DNA of 64,000 nucleotides, taken from assembly GCA_026770705.1 (NCBI GenBank), contig JANJGN010000035.1, positions 8,866,001-8,930,000 on the forward strand. Direction: 5' to 3'. The translations under genes were made by a program, and so were the position numbers. The notes beneath the pieces were generated by a model that worked only from the letters and a program-made list of their open reading frames with translations, searched no databases and was not told the origin of the DNA. This DNA is from Isurus oxyrinchus. Lineage: Eukaryota. This document shows, piece after piece, positions 49,010 to 61,834 of the stretch (positions are counted from its first letter, which is position 1; each line of letters starts with the position of its first letter).

Positions 49010-51169
49010 GTAAGGAGATAAATTTAGCACATCTGCAACTTAGCTTCATTGGCGCATTTAGATTCCATAATGTTGTCCAAGTTTTGTGATAAATTCGTAG
49101 TTCACAGTTCATGTCCGCATTTTGAATTTTGCTTAGCACTGGGAAGAATGATATTCAGAAGGCAAGGAAAGTTAAATGCTAAGATTTAGTCATTGACAGC
49201 ACACCATAGTGAAAATGGCAGTACAGGCAGTTAAACAAGTTTCTTTAATAGAGTGATGTTAGGAGACAGGGAAACATGAAGCAACATGTGGGCTAACTTA
49301 GCTAACAAACTGAAGGTTTGATACCTATACTATTTTCAAATTACTGCAACCCAGAGAGCTGATTTGTTATAGAAATTCGATGTAACTTTAAGTTGAATAT
49401 TCAAGCAAGCCTGAAAGCTTGTGTCATCATGGCAGTGTAGAGGTGAAGATATTTCACTGCTTTCATTTTTTGCGCATTTGCTAAGAAAAAAGGTTTTTGT
49501 TGCGATAAGAACCCCATTTTGTAGATAGATCACAGAGAGGCCGAAGCATTGCTAGCAGGTTCTGGGCAATTCGGGCTAAAAATAAAAATGTTCTGAGGAG
49601 CTGGTAAGATGGAGTTTAGTGATTTCTGTCATCCTGAGAAATTTGGGGATCGGAATTGCTCTGGGAGAATTGATTAGCCACTTGTAAGGATGTGGCTGGT
49701 TTTTGAGAAAGTCCGGGCAATGCCACAATAGTGAACCTAACTGTTTATGGAGTATTTGCAATCATACCAATAATTACTGATGCAAGTTTAGCTTTGCAAA
49801 TCCCTTGGAAAACCAACTTAATTGAAGACATTGAAACATCGGAAGATGAACAATAGCTGTTGCAGACCAAGTCAGAAAGGTACTTGAGGGAATTCAGAAG
49901 GTATATCTTCGAAATTGTGGAGTGAGAAAGACAGTTGTTTAACAAGAGTGTCTTATGCGATGTGGCCGCTGACGTCTGGTTCCAATACTCATAAACCTGT
50001 TGGTCTAATCTTGTTGCTTCTGCCTTTTGATGTGCAGTGGAGTGTGTTCGACCACAGTTCTCTTGTTAATTCAAATTCAGCTCATCTAACTTCTGAACAT
50101 TAGAATATACAATATAAGTGCTAGAGTTTCTTTTTTTTTCTGTTTTCAAATTATGTATAACTATCTATATGTTGGCAATTTAAAACCATGGAATCTTTTG
50201 GCTTTATTCCCCTAATGATTTAATGGGATTTGATTACTTTCTTGCTTACTTTTTCTGAAAGATCACTTGCCCATCAAAATAAGAGAACAGTGCCCTGTGA
50301 TCAGTGCTTTCAAATTAGCTGAGAGAAAACAGATGTGATACAGAATGTGTACAAATGTTCGTCATGGCCAACAGAATATCCTTGTTCTGGCATGTGTTCC
50401 ATGAGGTTTACGTTATGATTAAGTGCATTACATCATTAGAAATCACAGTACGTGCATTAAGCGAAAATTGGTTTCAAAGTCCAATTTTTTCTAAGCCCTT
50501 TTTTTAAAAAGCAAGATAAATAGTTATGCAGGTATCGTGCTGTAATTCATGTTGCTTTAATATTTAAGTGGAAAAAACTTCGCATGTGGAAAGTTGGGTT
50601 TGGTAAAACATGTTGAGCATTTTAGTCTTACAGAAATGCAAGTCAATGAGTTCACAGTTTAGGACTGGACTTTCAAATCTGATGATATTAAAATTAATCC
50701 AACACACTGCATGAATTAATATAATATTATCTGATAACAATTTAACTGACGAAGATATATTACGGTGAAACTTGCTGCTGTTAAGATGGAATTGGTATTT
50801 GACCTGATCTGATTTGGAGAAGGTATTTGTTGGGGCTAACAAACATACTTTAAACAAATAAAATCAATGAACAAATTATAGGTTATGCATACTGCTATGC
50901 TAGATGTTCCTCTTAAAATACCACCTGTTAAGAATTTATTTTATTCAGTGAATTCTATCTGATTTGACATACGAATAAAATCATCGTTTCACAGTTTGAC
51001 CTTAAGTTTGTACCATGGTAGAAGTCCCACTTCTAGATAATTGATTTAAAATTTCATATGGTTACAATTTTACATACTATAATTGAATACAATGTCACAA
51101 AAAAAATCTGTTCTTCAGTACCTCTCAGGTTCACGAATGTTAATGTAACATATTGTGGAATTGGCAATA

Positions 51170-52260
51170 ACTGAAATTGCAGGGAAGGGAGAGTTTCTAA
51201 AATAATCCTTTAACCTTGCGCACAATCAATGGGCCGTAGTATCTGTGTAGTAGCAATCAGAGTCATATTACGACTCCGCTCGTTGTTACCACACCCCCAC
51301 CCCCCCACTCCCAACACTTCTTCCCAGCTGACCTCCTGCCTGAGGTCGCATGAGAACAATGTAGAGCAAATGCTTCCAGAAGCCTTGTGTCGCAAGCTTG
51401 GAGAATTGTAGGCCAGGCTGCCCTGCACGCTGTTTTAATAAAATAGTTGTTGTTCAGCCTGCAAGATCCACCACGAACCTGTCTGTGATACCGGGGGGAT
51501 TTTTTTTAACTTGAGGAAAGTGGACAGGGATGGGGTTTTGAGTGGGGTCAGAGAGAAGCGTTTTCAGTTTTTCACTGCAGTGGGTCGGCTGATCAGCAGG
51601 GTTGGACAGTGAATGGGGTGGTCAGTGTGAAGTCCAGTGGCCAGCAGTGAGAAAGATCGATAGTGAGCGTGGTCTTTCGGGTTCGGGTGTCTGTGGGACG
51701 TTTTGATGTGGATATGATGTCAGTGGGTTGTCATTTAGTCAAGGGGTGCTCAGTGGGGAAGTGGTCAGTGGGGAAAACTGTCAGGTAGTCAGTGGTTGCT
51801 TGTTGAGAAAGTGTGCGGCGGTGTTCTAGGGGCTGCAGCTTGTCCAAGATGAGGGCTGACGGTGCCGGGGCAGTCCCGTTGTGGGGAAGGGATTGGTGTA
51901 TCCACTTTGGAGTCTGGGAGTGCTGTTAGTCCATGGTGGTTTGAAGTCAGTGTGGGCTTCCATTTCGGGATGGGGGAGAGAAGTGAAAGTACTAATTGTA
52001 CCCAGAATTTATAACTATACTTTTTAATACTGCTTGCATTTTCCTTGGAACCGTTAATGTCAGACAGTCAGAAACATCCCACGTTTGAGAATTGTATCGT
52101 ATTTTCTCATTGGTAAATTCCAAAAGTTGGGTGATTGCCCAAAGGAAGTGTGAACTTCGCAGCAAATGTTGTGCAACCCTGTCCTGTGGGTTCTTGGCGG
52201 CGGAGTTAATATGTAGTCCCAGCAAAATATTGGACCATCCCCAGGTGTCCACCAAGGAGC
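51170..52260. mobile_element. Probable non-autonomous DNA transposon with GT-rich core
   Basis: Compositionally distinct island with ggtcagtgggg-type repeats; no ORF homology recognised. Confidence 0.3.
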
Positions 52261-53907
52261 TCAACATTTACAGACCACGAAAAGCATGAGGGTTTTTTAA
52301 ATGCACAAAACATTTCAATGTAGCGTTTGTAGAACTGATGTCCCTTAACCACATTTACCTGGCGGCACTTATTCCATTCTGCTCACAAGAAAATGAGCTG
52401 TAACGTTTATTTCAGTGGTGTTTGAAAATGGCATTTGTACTTCTATCCAATAAAATATCTGCAAAAGCACGGTGTATTTAGGACGAGAGCGGCCACTAAT
52501 CAATTCTGATGTATTATTCCCTCGAAACGAAAAGTCCCTTCCACCAGTATCAAAAGCAAATTTGTTTAGATTATGATCAGAGTTGAATGCGTTGAGGCAA
52601 AAATTCGCGTGGGAACCTGGGGATTTGAATTATGGTGCAAAGGCAGCAGACCGCGGGAACTCTTAGAGACCATCCGCCTTCACGTTAAACCCATTCAGAA
52701 TACTGTTCTGATCAATCTGTGAATCGCATTATGAGACATGTAGAGCAGCTGCTCAAAAATATTTCTGTGGGCGCGGCTCATCTGAAGGGAATTTTACAAA
52801 ATTAAAGAGAAAGAAAACACAATAGACATGTAGTGAAAAAAATTAATGATGCAGGAGCATAGATTTATGGGAACAAGCGTGGAAACGTTTGGCAACAGCA
52901 AACTTTAAGTCAAATTAGGTATAAGCGGTAAAAACTAAATGAATTAAGGGCTCTGCATCTGAGTTCCACAGCATCGGTAGCCGGATGGATGAAATGAGAG
53001 CACAAATAGAAATAAATAATGATAATATAATAGCCAGTACATAGACATAAATAGAATTTACCCAGACTGGGCCCTGAATATTCAAGGACTTCTGAGCATT
53101 GAAAATTTCAAAATGAAAAGAAATAGGGTAAGGTATCGCTGCTATTTTGTTAAAACAGATGGTTACAATAGCGAGAAGTTCTCTTATTTCAGGAGATCAA
53201 GAAATCGAATCAGTGTGGATGGGAATAAGGAATCTCAAACTGGTATGATTCATTTCCTGCTCCCTCGCATCAACACCCCCAGCACCATCTGCGCCCACTA
53301 ACTGTACCCATCCCTGCAACAAGTGCAGCTACATAATATGGAAAACTGTACTTGGGGAACTAGTGAGCATCCCAAGAAATACATTGCAAAAGACGTTCTG
53401 ACTCGAATCTTGACATCAATTGGAACAAAAAAGATTTGCCTTTAGTACATTTAACGAAGAATTCATAGAATGTACTGCGGAAAGTAAACTTTGTGCAATA
53501 CTTGGTTCAAGCTGTCAAGGGCCAGGATATTTCAGAAGAAGTGGCGTGTAATAAAAATATCACCTTTCAAAAATATCCAAAGTTCGAGAAAGTTTCTAGT
53601 GATTTGAAAACACAAAAATGCAAATCTCTATTCCAGAAATGATGGAGACTGCGAACAGTAATCTATAGGTCACTTAACCGAATGTGTTTTATTTGGAAAC
53701 TGCTAGAGCACATTATTAAAGTGATAGTAGCAGAACATTTGGAAAATAATACTGCAGTCCAGCAGATGCTATTCAGTTTTGTGAAAGGGCACTCGTGTTT
53801 TACATATGTATTGGAGTTCTTTGAGAATGTATCAAGCAGGACGGAAAAAGCTGAAGCAGACAATTTTTTTAAGTTTGGATTTTCAAGTTTCATGTAATCA
53901 GGACATC

Positions 53908-54088
53908 AATAAAAGCAAACTCGTGCTGATGCTGGAAACTTTAAGTGAAAACAGAAAACGTTAGGGAAAAATGTTGGCAGATCGGCAGAATCTGTCTCGA
54001 GAGAAACAGATAAAACATTTCGACTCCACGTAATTCCTCTCCAGAGGCAGAGCTGCTGCGATTTTTCAGCACTTTCCTTTTTTATTGA
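53908..54088. mobile_element. Older Penelope-derived terminal-repeat mini-element
   Basis: 'gatgctggaaac..aaaacagaaaa' followed by inverted 'ctgctgcgatttttcagcactttcc'; a diverged relative of the 18590 element. Confidence 0.6.
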
Positions 54089-54351
54089 AATAAGAACATC
54101 TAATTTTTCTGTATTATGCTAGCATGAATTGCGGTATTTCGAATAAATGGGTCAAATTCAATTGACTAATTGTAACTAGTAGAATGAGAGACGAATCAGT
54201 TTTGAGGCATTAACTGTTACTGATCTGTATTAATGACCTGGCTTAAAATGTCAACTTTGTCGAAGCCAAATCTAAGGCAAGATCGTTAGGGCAGCACAAT
54301 CTGTGGCAGACACGAAACATATGTAGAGGTTAAGCAAATGGACGCAAATTT

Positions 54352-54579
54352 GGCACATTGATGATGATGCGGAAAAATATGAGGATGTGCAAAGAACAAA
54401 ATTTGACTGAAAGAAGAGAAAACAAAAAAAATGGAAACAGGCTGCAGAATGCTGTGGCACAGAAGGGCACATTGATGATGATGCGGAAAAATATGAGGCT
54501 GTGCAAAGAACAGAATTTGACTGAAAGAAGAGAAAACAAAAAAAAGGGAAACAGGCTGCAGAATGCTGTGGCACAGAAG
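54352..54579 (+). repeat. 114-bp tandem duplication (2 copies, about 3 substitutions)
   Basis: 54352-54465 versus 54466-54579. Confidence 0.95.
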
Positions 54580-55766
54580 GGTATAATTGCAGATGTATCG
54601 CAATCATGTCAACCTGCTGGTACAGCATGCAGTTAGTAAAGGAAACAATATATCGTCCTAGCTTACAAGGGAAAAGCGGAATAAAGATGGCAAGTCATGA
54701 AGTCTTGCTACATGACATTTGTTAGACTACAGCAAGTGTAGCGAGAGCAGCTTTAATCACCCAGAGTCAGTAGCCCGTAAGGTATAGTTGTTTTGGAAGA
54801 ACTTTAGGCAAGGCAGATCCAGAGATTCACGGCATGAGGCGCTTGCCTCATGAATAAATGTTGAGCAGGTTGGGATTACGCTCATTGTCATTCAGAAAAA
54901 AATTGGCTGATTTTATTGTAACATATAAGACACTGTTGGTGCTGGACAGGGTGAAATTTGAGGTGTTGTTTCCCAATGATGATCAATGTGGAACCAGAAG
55001 TCACTGTTTGAAAATAAGGACCCTCCCATTTAAGAAGGAAATGAGGAAGAATTTATACTTTCTGAATTACCTTCGCCAGCTAATAGAGGAGCCTTAATAA
55101 TTAAAAGTATTCAAAAATTAGTTACACAATTTATTGATTGACAGGGACTTCAAAGGTTGAGGATGGCGGGGCAGCGGGCAGGACTGAGTATTAAATGCCA
55201 TCATCATGCATGATATTCAATGGTGGAGCATACCTAGGCAGCCAGATTGCTAACTCCTGTTTCATTCTTATATGATAATGTTTTTATGTGTTTTGTACTT
55301 TATTCAAGTATCTAGCCTGCTATATCAGGTTGGCTCCCAGACCATAGTCTTGATTGGTATACTGACAAAGGGGTAGTAATTTTGTTTAATATCGAAAGCA
55401 AAGTTCTCTCTTGATTTGCATGAATATCCATGACAAAAACATAGTTAGACATTATTTCATGTTGATATTGATGCTCGTGAACATATATGTTGCTTGTTCA
55501 GCAACGACATAAACCAAATGAGCTAACTGATTATCTCACATCGGTTACTGGATCGATCCTTACAAAAAAGCCCGCCTCCGTCTAAAGGAAATACAACACA
55601 GAACGGAATTCAAACGCACTTTAATGTTCTGAAGTGCTTTGTGTCGTTCTCTGAATATGCAAAACTCTACAAGCACAAGTCCTACGTATTTACAATTGAA
55701 TTATGCCTGTTAAAAGATGAATGTGTGATCAAATATAGAGGGGAATGCATTTGCTTTCTTCTTCAG

Positions 55767-55865
55767 AGAGTTATGATGCAGATAGTACAAGAACTGTACA
55801 AGAGACCCGGGCTGAATAAATGTGGCTTTGTTATGCTGACCATCTATATCCCAGTTCCAAACAAG
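55767..55865 (+). pseudogene. GTPase exon 7: RVMMQIVQELYKRPGLNKCGFVMLTIYIPVPNK
   Basis: Acceptor cag|, donor |gtaggg; 99 bp, phase 0 to 0. Confidence 0.95.
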
Positions 55866-57449
55866 GTAGGGCTGTCTGTTTGCACATCAATAAATGCAAA
55901 GTTGAAATAAGGCGTTTTAGAATGCTGTGTAGATCAGTCGCAGTGTGTGTTTTTGGCCACTATCTTGTAGGAATCTCGTGGGCTGTGGACCGCCATCATT
56001 GAGTTGGATCTACATGGAGACAATGCAGAATTTAATTCCTGCATGGCACTGTGTTGGGTGATTTATCTTAGTGAGCCTTAGGGCTAATTTGAATGAGAAT
56101 ATGCAATGTTAGCAGAGTAGTATACAGTAGTAAATCGTGAGGAAACTGTGTATTGAAAATATTATGAAGCCTATTCTTCCAATTTCTAAATTATTTTATT
56201 TCTCCCATGTTGCCGTCCAGAGGGCAGTGACCAGATATTTGAATCACAGCCACCTAAAATGCACTACATCTTAAATGTAATCAGTTGGCCAACGCCACTT
56301 TGTTAATTCAATCTTATGTGGGGGGGGGGGGGGGAACACAACGGGGATCTCTGCTGAGTGAGGCTTGACAATAACTAGAAATGCTTGCTGCTTTTGCTCT
56401 TCATTTTTGTAAATACGCTGAGGGCAGCAAAGAACTTTAGAAGTAATGTTGGTGAGTTGCAACAGTGCATCCGGCAACACAATCATGTAGCAGCTGCACC
56501 GGTGGGTATTAGAGCAGCTATTTCTGAGTATAAATCACGCCAATTTATGGAATGTTCCCACTGTTAGAGATATGTTACAATTTTTTTACAGTGGGTTGAT
56601 GCATTTTTTGTGAATTCCTGGGATGTACCTACCATGCTGGAACACAATGATTGCTTAAAAAAAGAGGGAAATATGTGCCATCACTAATAATTTCTTTGAA
56701 ACTCATCATGGCTTGCCGTACGGAATATTGGGATGTTAAATGCCGATTTGTTTTCAATGTTGCATTTCTACAGTAGGAACTACGTCCCGTAGGAAAAAAA
56801 ATGGTATTGTTTTAAGTGGAAGATATACCCAGCAGGTGTGTGATATAGAGACTCGTGATGAAATTCAGGAGAAGAACGGCACAAGTGATATTGAATCTTA
56901 TGGTCCCTTGGTATCGGGATCTGCTGTGTAAATTGGAAATTCAAGAAATGAAATTTTAGATCATTGGATGCTTTATTCATAGTTTTGAAACAGGCATGCC
57001 ATCATCAAGTTTAGGTTTAAAGAGCCCTTTGGTTGTGAAATCTTATTTCTAGTTGCTTAGGCGAAAATCTTTTGAAATTTCTAGCCGTTAGACACATTTT
57101 GAATGTCAGCATTTAAACTAAACCATAACGTAATGGTTGTGATTCTGCAAATCCGCCCCTACACAGCCAACCTGATTCTAGCTTGTGTTCAAGCAATCCA
57201 ATGTCATATAATATTTCCAATTTCACACTATAGGCAACATATAAGTTTCCATTTCTCCCTTAATTTTGTGAAGCTGAAGTTCTACGACTTTAGAATGAAT
57301 TGCCCACAGTAGTGGCGGGGATGGGTACAAGGTTTTTTAATTTAATGACCGATGTAAACACAGTAATCGTCAATATATCCTTTCGGTGAGGTACCCATAT
57401 TGTCTTATTTTATGTTCTCATTGCCTGTCCAATTTGTTTGAGCTGTCAG

Positions 57450-57595
57450 CCAATACGGTGTGTCAATCAGATCCAAGGAGTATGCACAGCTGTAGAAAGG
57501 ACGATCAACCGCACTGTGCACAACAAGCTGAATCAGCTCGAGAATGATTGAGAATTGATCATCAAAACTACTATTTGCAAGCTCCAGGAGAACAG
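57450..57595 (+). pseudogene. GTPase exon 8: PIRCVNQIQGVCTAVERTINRTVHNKLNQLEND*ELIIKTTICKLQEN (premature stop)
   Basis: Acceptor cag|, donor |gtgac; in-frame TGA at 57549-57551. Confidence 0.92.
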
Positions 57596-57829
57596 GTGAC
57601 ATTTTAGCATTTTCTGTATTCAGAATGTGCATTATACTTGGCAAAGAGTGATAATTTCAAAAAGAGTGTGCAAAGTGGTAGCAGAAGATAAGACTTTAAA
57701 AGTAAAGAGGGAAAAGCGACAGGCAGTCAGAACTCTTTCTTAAGCAAGGAAGCTATGAACCAAAATCTCCAAACAAGTGAAACATGTCACATTATGCTCG
57801 TTATTTTGCATTGTACTTGAAGCAGAGTC

Positions 57830-59230
57830 TTAGGAGAAGCAGTAGGTGAGTCTTTAGCCTCATACTTAAGAGCTTCTGACTTTTACATAAGCCATGGCAT
57901 GCATTCGGCTGGTTAAGGTGATTTTGAGCTCAATGGAGACTTTCCGAGATGTTATTTCTCGGTGATTTAGCAATGGGAATTGATTGTAATGTGAATGCCC
58001 AAGTTTAAGGATTCTCGTATTGGCGATGGTTATTGTCTTCCAATTATCTGCCTCGGAAGTCCATTATTAGTTTTCAACCAAATGTAGAATATTGCCCAGG
58101 CCTTCTTGCAATTAAACGAACAAGTGCTTCTCTCCCTTCGGAGTCCAGATTAGCAATGGAAGTGACATCATGAGACATCATCCGCATTTCTGGCTCTATT
58201 ATGCAGAAATTATTGTTGATGAAACAACTGAAGATGTTTGGGTCTCGAAAAACTATTTATTGAAATGCTGCAGCCATTAAACGGAGCTGGAATGTGCGAA
58301 TCAGACAAGTATCTCCATTTCCCCCTCTGTTCCCTACGAATCCAGTCAGCACATGAATCATTTCGGGCGATTCCGTGATCTCCATTTATTTTACCTGTAT
58401 CAGTGCTGCTGTATGCCAAACACAGTGAAACGTACCCCACCTACCCTCCCCCACTATCGCACAAACCTTGACACGCCCCTTTGACGTCAAGATATTTCAG
58501 TCGCATTTCACAGCTTGAATTCTGTTCCTTTTTTTTCATGAATGCAATTTGGTTGCAACAAAGTCAGAATTCGATTGACCCTGATGGAGCCAAAACACAG
58601 AACAGATTGCTGTTGTCTAAATGCTGTTTGATAGCAATTCCATCGGTCCCTCGTATGACAGTGCTGATGATGGGGAAAAGGCCGCTTGGGCGACAATTAT
58701 CCAGGTTAATTTTGTCCCACTTTCCGCGGACAGATCACACCAGAGATATGTTGTGCCAAATTGTCGCGTGCAAGCCTGTGTGGTAGCTTGTGCAGGACCA
58801 ACAATTACGTTTTGGAGCAGAAGTATCCAGAGTAATGGCTGATATGATTTTGAGTGCATGTGTCTGCCTCGTCCAGTCCATTCATCTCGGGGCTGACATC
58901 ACGCGCAATAAATCAATTTAGCTGAACACCGACATTTGTGAATGTCGGTCTCAGGTAGATACCAAGGTAGGGTTTGAACCCTTTGCATCTGGCTAATGAT
59001 GACTGAAATAATTTGAGTCGTTTTTATTTCATCGACATTTTGTGTTGTTCCATCATTCACGGTGGCGGGACTTTTATGCACCCCCCACCCCACTGCCACC
59101 ACCCCCGGCAAAACCACTCGCTTCCTTCAGTTAGAAGGTTAATTGACCATCACGATTCATAACTGGATGTGACACGACTCAATATTTTTGAGCTGATATG
59201 ATCGTTGCGGTATTACGTAGTGCAGTTATT
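57830..59230 (-). mobile_element. Old LINE RT fragment (same family as 43085-45800)
   Basis: Degenerate collinear similarity to 43600-44800 and 62380-63650. Confidence 0.7.
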
Positions 59231-59247
59231 CTTTGTTGGATAAGTGA

Positions 59248-59592
59248 GCAACTAGTACGTGGTTACGTAGTGATATTGTCACTTGACTGGTATTCCAGGA
59301 ACAGGGGTTTGAATCTCATCACGACAGATGGTGCAATTTGTACTCAATAAAAATGTGGAAGTAAATGTCTGTAACGATGTTGAAAACATTTCTGATTGTC
59401 ACTTAAACTCAGGTAGTTCGCTTATGTTCTTTAAGGAAGGAAATATGCCACCTGTACGTGGCCTAACCTGCACGTGACTCCAGATCCACAGTAATTAATC
59501 TTAAAACCCCTCTGGACATTGGCAATTTTGGATGGGCAATAAATGCATTCCTAGTTAGCGACACCCACATCCTATGACATAACAAAAAAAGA
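59248..59592 (+). mobile_element. tRNA-headed SINE with LINE-derived tail
   Basis: A-box/B-box-like 'gtggttacgtagtg..gggtttgaatc'; tail 'gatgggcaataaatgc..cgacacccacatcc' followed by an A-tract. Confidence 0.75.
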
Positions 59593-60499
59593 AAGCATTT
59601 TTTGTTTAGCCAGATTTACATTGCCATTTAACCAAGACCATTCCTTGTCTTTATGTTAATTATTGATCGAAGAATATACACCTTGATAAGGTTACGCATT
59701 GTGGGATCAAATTTATCTTCCAGTCATGAACCATTGGGCTTTAATAATTCCAAGGATTCAAATGCTTGATCTGTTGTGAATCGACCCAATTAACGACATT
59801 GTTAAATTCATGGATGTTGGTAGGGTAACCATGGACACGTCGAGCACCTTTTCCCCCTCTTGCTCTTCCCTTCATACCTGCGAGAAGCAGAATCCAACAA
59901 ATATGCCCTTCATGAGTTGTCCAGCACAATCAGTAGTCCTGAATTCGCAATATCATTTGTATTAGATATCGATCTCCCCTGTCCTAAACACAGTAAGTGT
60001 CCCTGATGTCAGCAGCGCTTTTGTCGGTCAGAGGTATGCCCTGGAGTCAATATACTACATGGGATCAGAATGCAACTTTGAGGATACCAAGCGATATTCT
60101 TTCAGAAAAAGTGAACTTCTGTGGCACCACCTTTGGCATTTATGCCCTGTACGATGGGCAAGCATGATAATGAATGTAACTGTGACCATGGCTCTCAAAG
60201 GGATTCAACCAGCATGACTAAATGGATCTGGTCATTAATTTATCGATGGCAGCTTTGTCCAGCATTGACCTGAAAATTATTGCTGTTTTAGTTCCTCTTG
60301 TCGATTGCTGCCACATAGATCATCCGCCTTGAATTTTTATTCATTTTCCCCCGACATTTCAGAGCATTTCAAGGGTAAGTAAGAGAAAACCGCTTTGTTA
60401 CTTGTCCAAAGTCAGATTTAAAGAAATGGAGGCAGATTTCCTATCTGATCGAAATCAAGGTTTTTATTAAGCATTTATGAGAATTTCGCTCTTGCAAAA

Positions 60500-61345
60500 A
60501 CAGAAACGTAGAAACTAGGAGGAGGAGCAGGCCATTCGGAACTTCGAGCCTGCTCCGCCATTCATTAAGATCATGAATGATCATCGAGCTCAATAGTTTG
60601 CTTCCGCTTTCTCCCCATAACTTTCGATCCCTTTCGCCCTAGAGCTATATCTAACTCCTTCTTGAAAACAAACAATGTTTCAGTGCCAAGTACTTTCTGT
60701 GGCAACGAATTCCACAGTCTCACCGCTCACCGAGTGAAGAAATATCTCCTCATCACATTCCAAACGTTCTGCGGCATATCATCAGACTGTGACTCCTGGT
60801 TCTGGACTCACCCACCAATTGGAACATTCTCCCTGCATCTACCCTGCCTAGTACTGTTAGACTTTTATAGGTTTCTGTTAGATCCCCCTTAATTCTTCTG
60901 AACTCCAGCGAATACAATTTTACTCTACTCAATCTCTCCGACCACTCCAGGAATTAGTCACGTAAACACTAGCTGCACTTCCTATGTAGCAAACACACCC
61001 CTGCTAATCTAAGGAGACCAGAACTGCTCACAATATTCCTGGTGGTCTCACCAAGGCTCGCTACAATTACTGTAAGGCACCCCTGCCCCTGTCCCCGAAA
61101 TATCTGGCTATGAAGGCCAACATACCATCTGCATTCTTTACCTCCTACTGCTTCCGCATGCTTACCAACAGCAGCTTTTGTACAATGACAACCAGGTGTC
61201 GTTGCACATTTCCCTGTCTCAACTATAGCCATTCAGATAGTATTCTGCCTCCTGCTTTGCTACCGAAGTGGAAAACCTCACATTTATCCACATTCTACTG
61301 CATCTGCCTTGCATTTGTGCACTCACTCAGCTTGTCCAAATCACA
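60500..61345 (-). mobile_element. CR1 LINE 3' portion
   Basis: Begins 'agaaacgtagaaactaggaggaggagcaggccattcgg' (reverse complement of the CR1 terminus) and continues into the RT C-terminus. Confidence 0.9.
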
Positions 61346-61834
61346 CTAACATGCTCACAAACATCTGTGATGGACCTTAAACTCTCGGAATGTAACCTCA
61401 CACGGCATGGGCTTCTGGCACATACCGTCACATTACCTCCGCTCCGACCACGTACACCACCATTCCGAAAGGAATGTCGACATCCAGTGCCGGGCTCCGA
61501 TCCCTCATGATTCTTTGCAGTCCTGCGAATTCTCGGGTCCACGATCCCGACGCAAACAACCAGACCTGCAGCCCTCTCACCTCTGACTCTGACCACGAAC
61601 CTTGTCTTCGGGAAATGACTAACTGAACATCCCTAATCTCTGAAAACCACTGCACGGCAACCGCAGATATCCCGTGCTCCCACCTCTGCACAAATCCCCC
61701 CGCCCCCACGAACAGGCACGAGTCAGTTTAGAGTGTTAAAGGGGCCGCGTAAAGCTCGCAGTATCAGCTGATCACTGAAGGAATTTTGAACGAAAGGAAG
61801 TATGGACCAGATGGCATATAACATTCCAAATATA

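Larger units (their letters stand above)
53400..55275 (+). mobile_element. CR1 LINE (RT to 3' end) with nested Penelope terminus and internal tandem duplication
   Basis: ORFs 53682..53897 (KLLEHII..FVKGHSCFTYVLEFFE) and 54858..55097 (LSRLGL..TRSHCLKIR). Confidence 0.88.
31380..57595 (+). pseudogene. Multi-exon EHD/dynamin-like P-loop GTPase pseudogene (uncharacterised family; from memory resembles zebrafish si:dkey-98f17.5); C-terminal exons not found
   Basis: Eight phase-compatible exons. G1 GNHSAGKS, G2-like GVATET, G3 DTPG, G4-like KAD. Nonsense codons TAA 37968-37970 and TGA 57549-57551. Confidence 0.9.

Noticed and set aside
54272-54636. Repeat-containing ORFs in several frames
   Set aside because: By-product of the 114-bp tandem duplication in a CR1.
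59750-60380. Candidate GTPase exon 9 (gtaagt donors near 59995 and 60375)
   Set aside because: No open phase-2 frame and no hydrophobic C-terminal segment of the kind expected; the second donor lies in repeat-like sequence.
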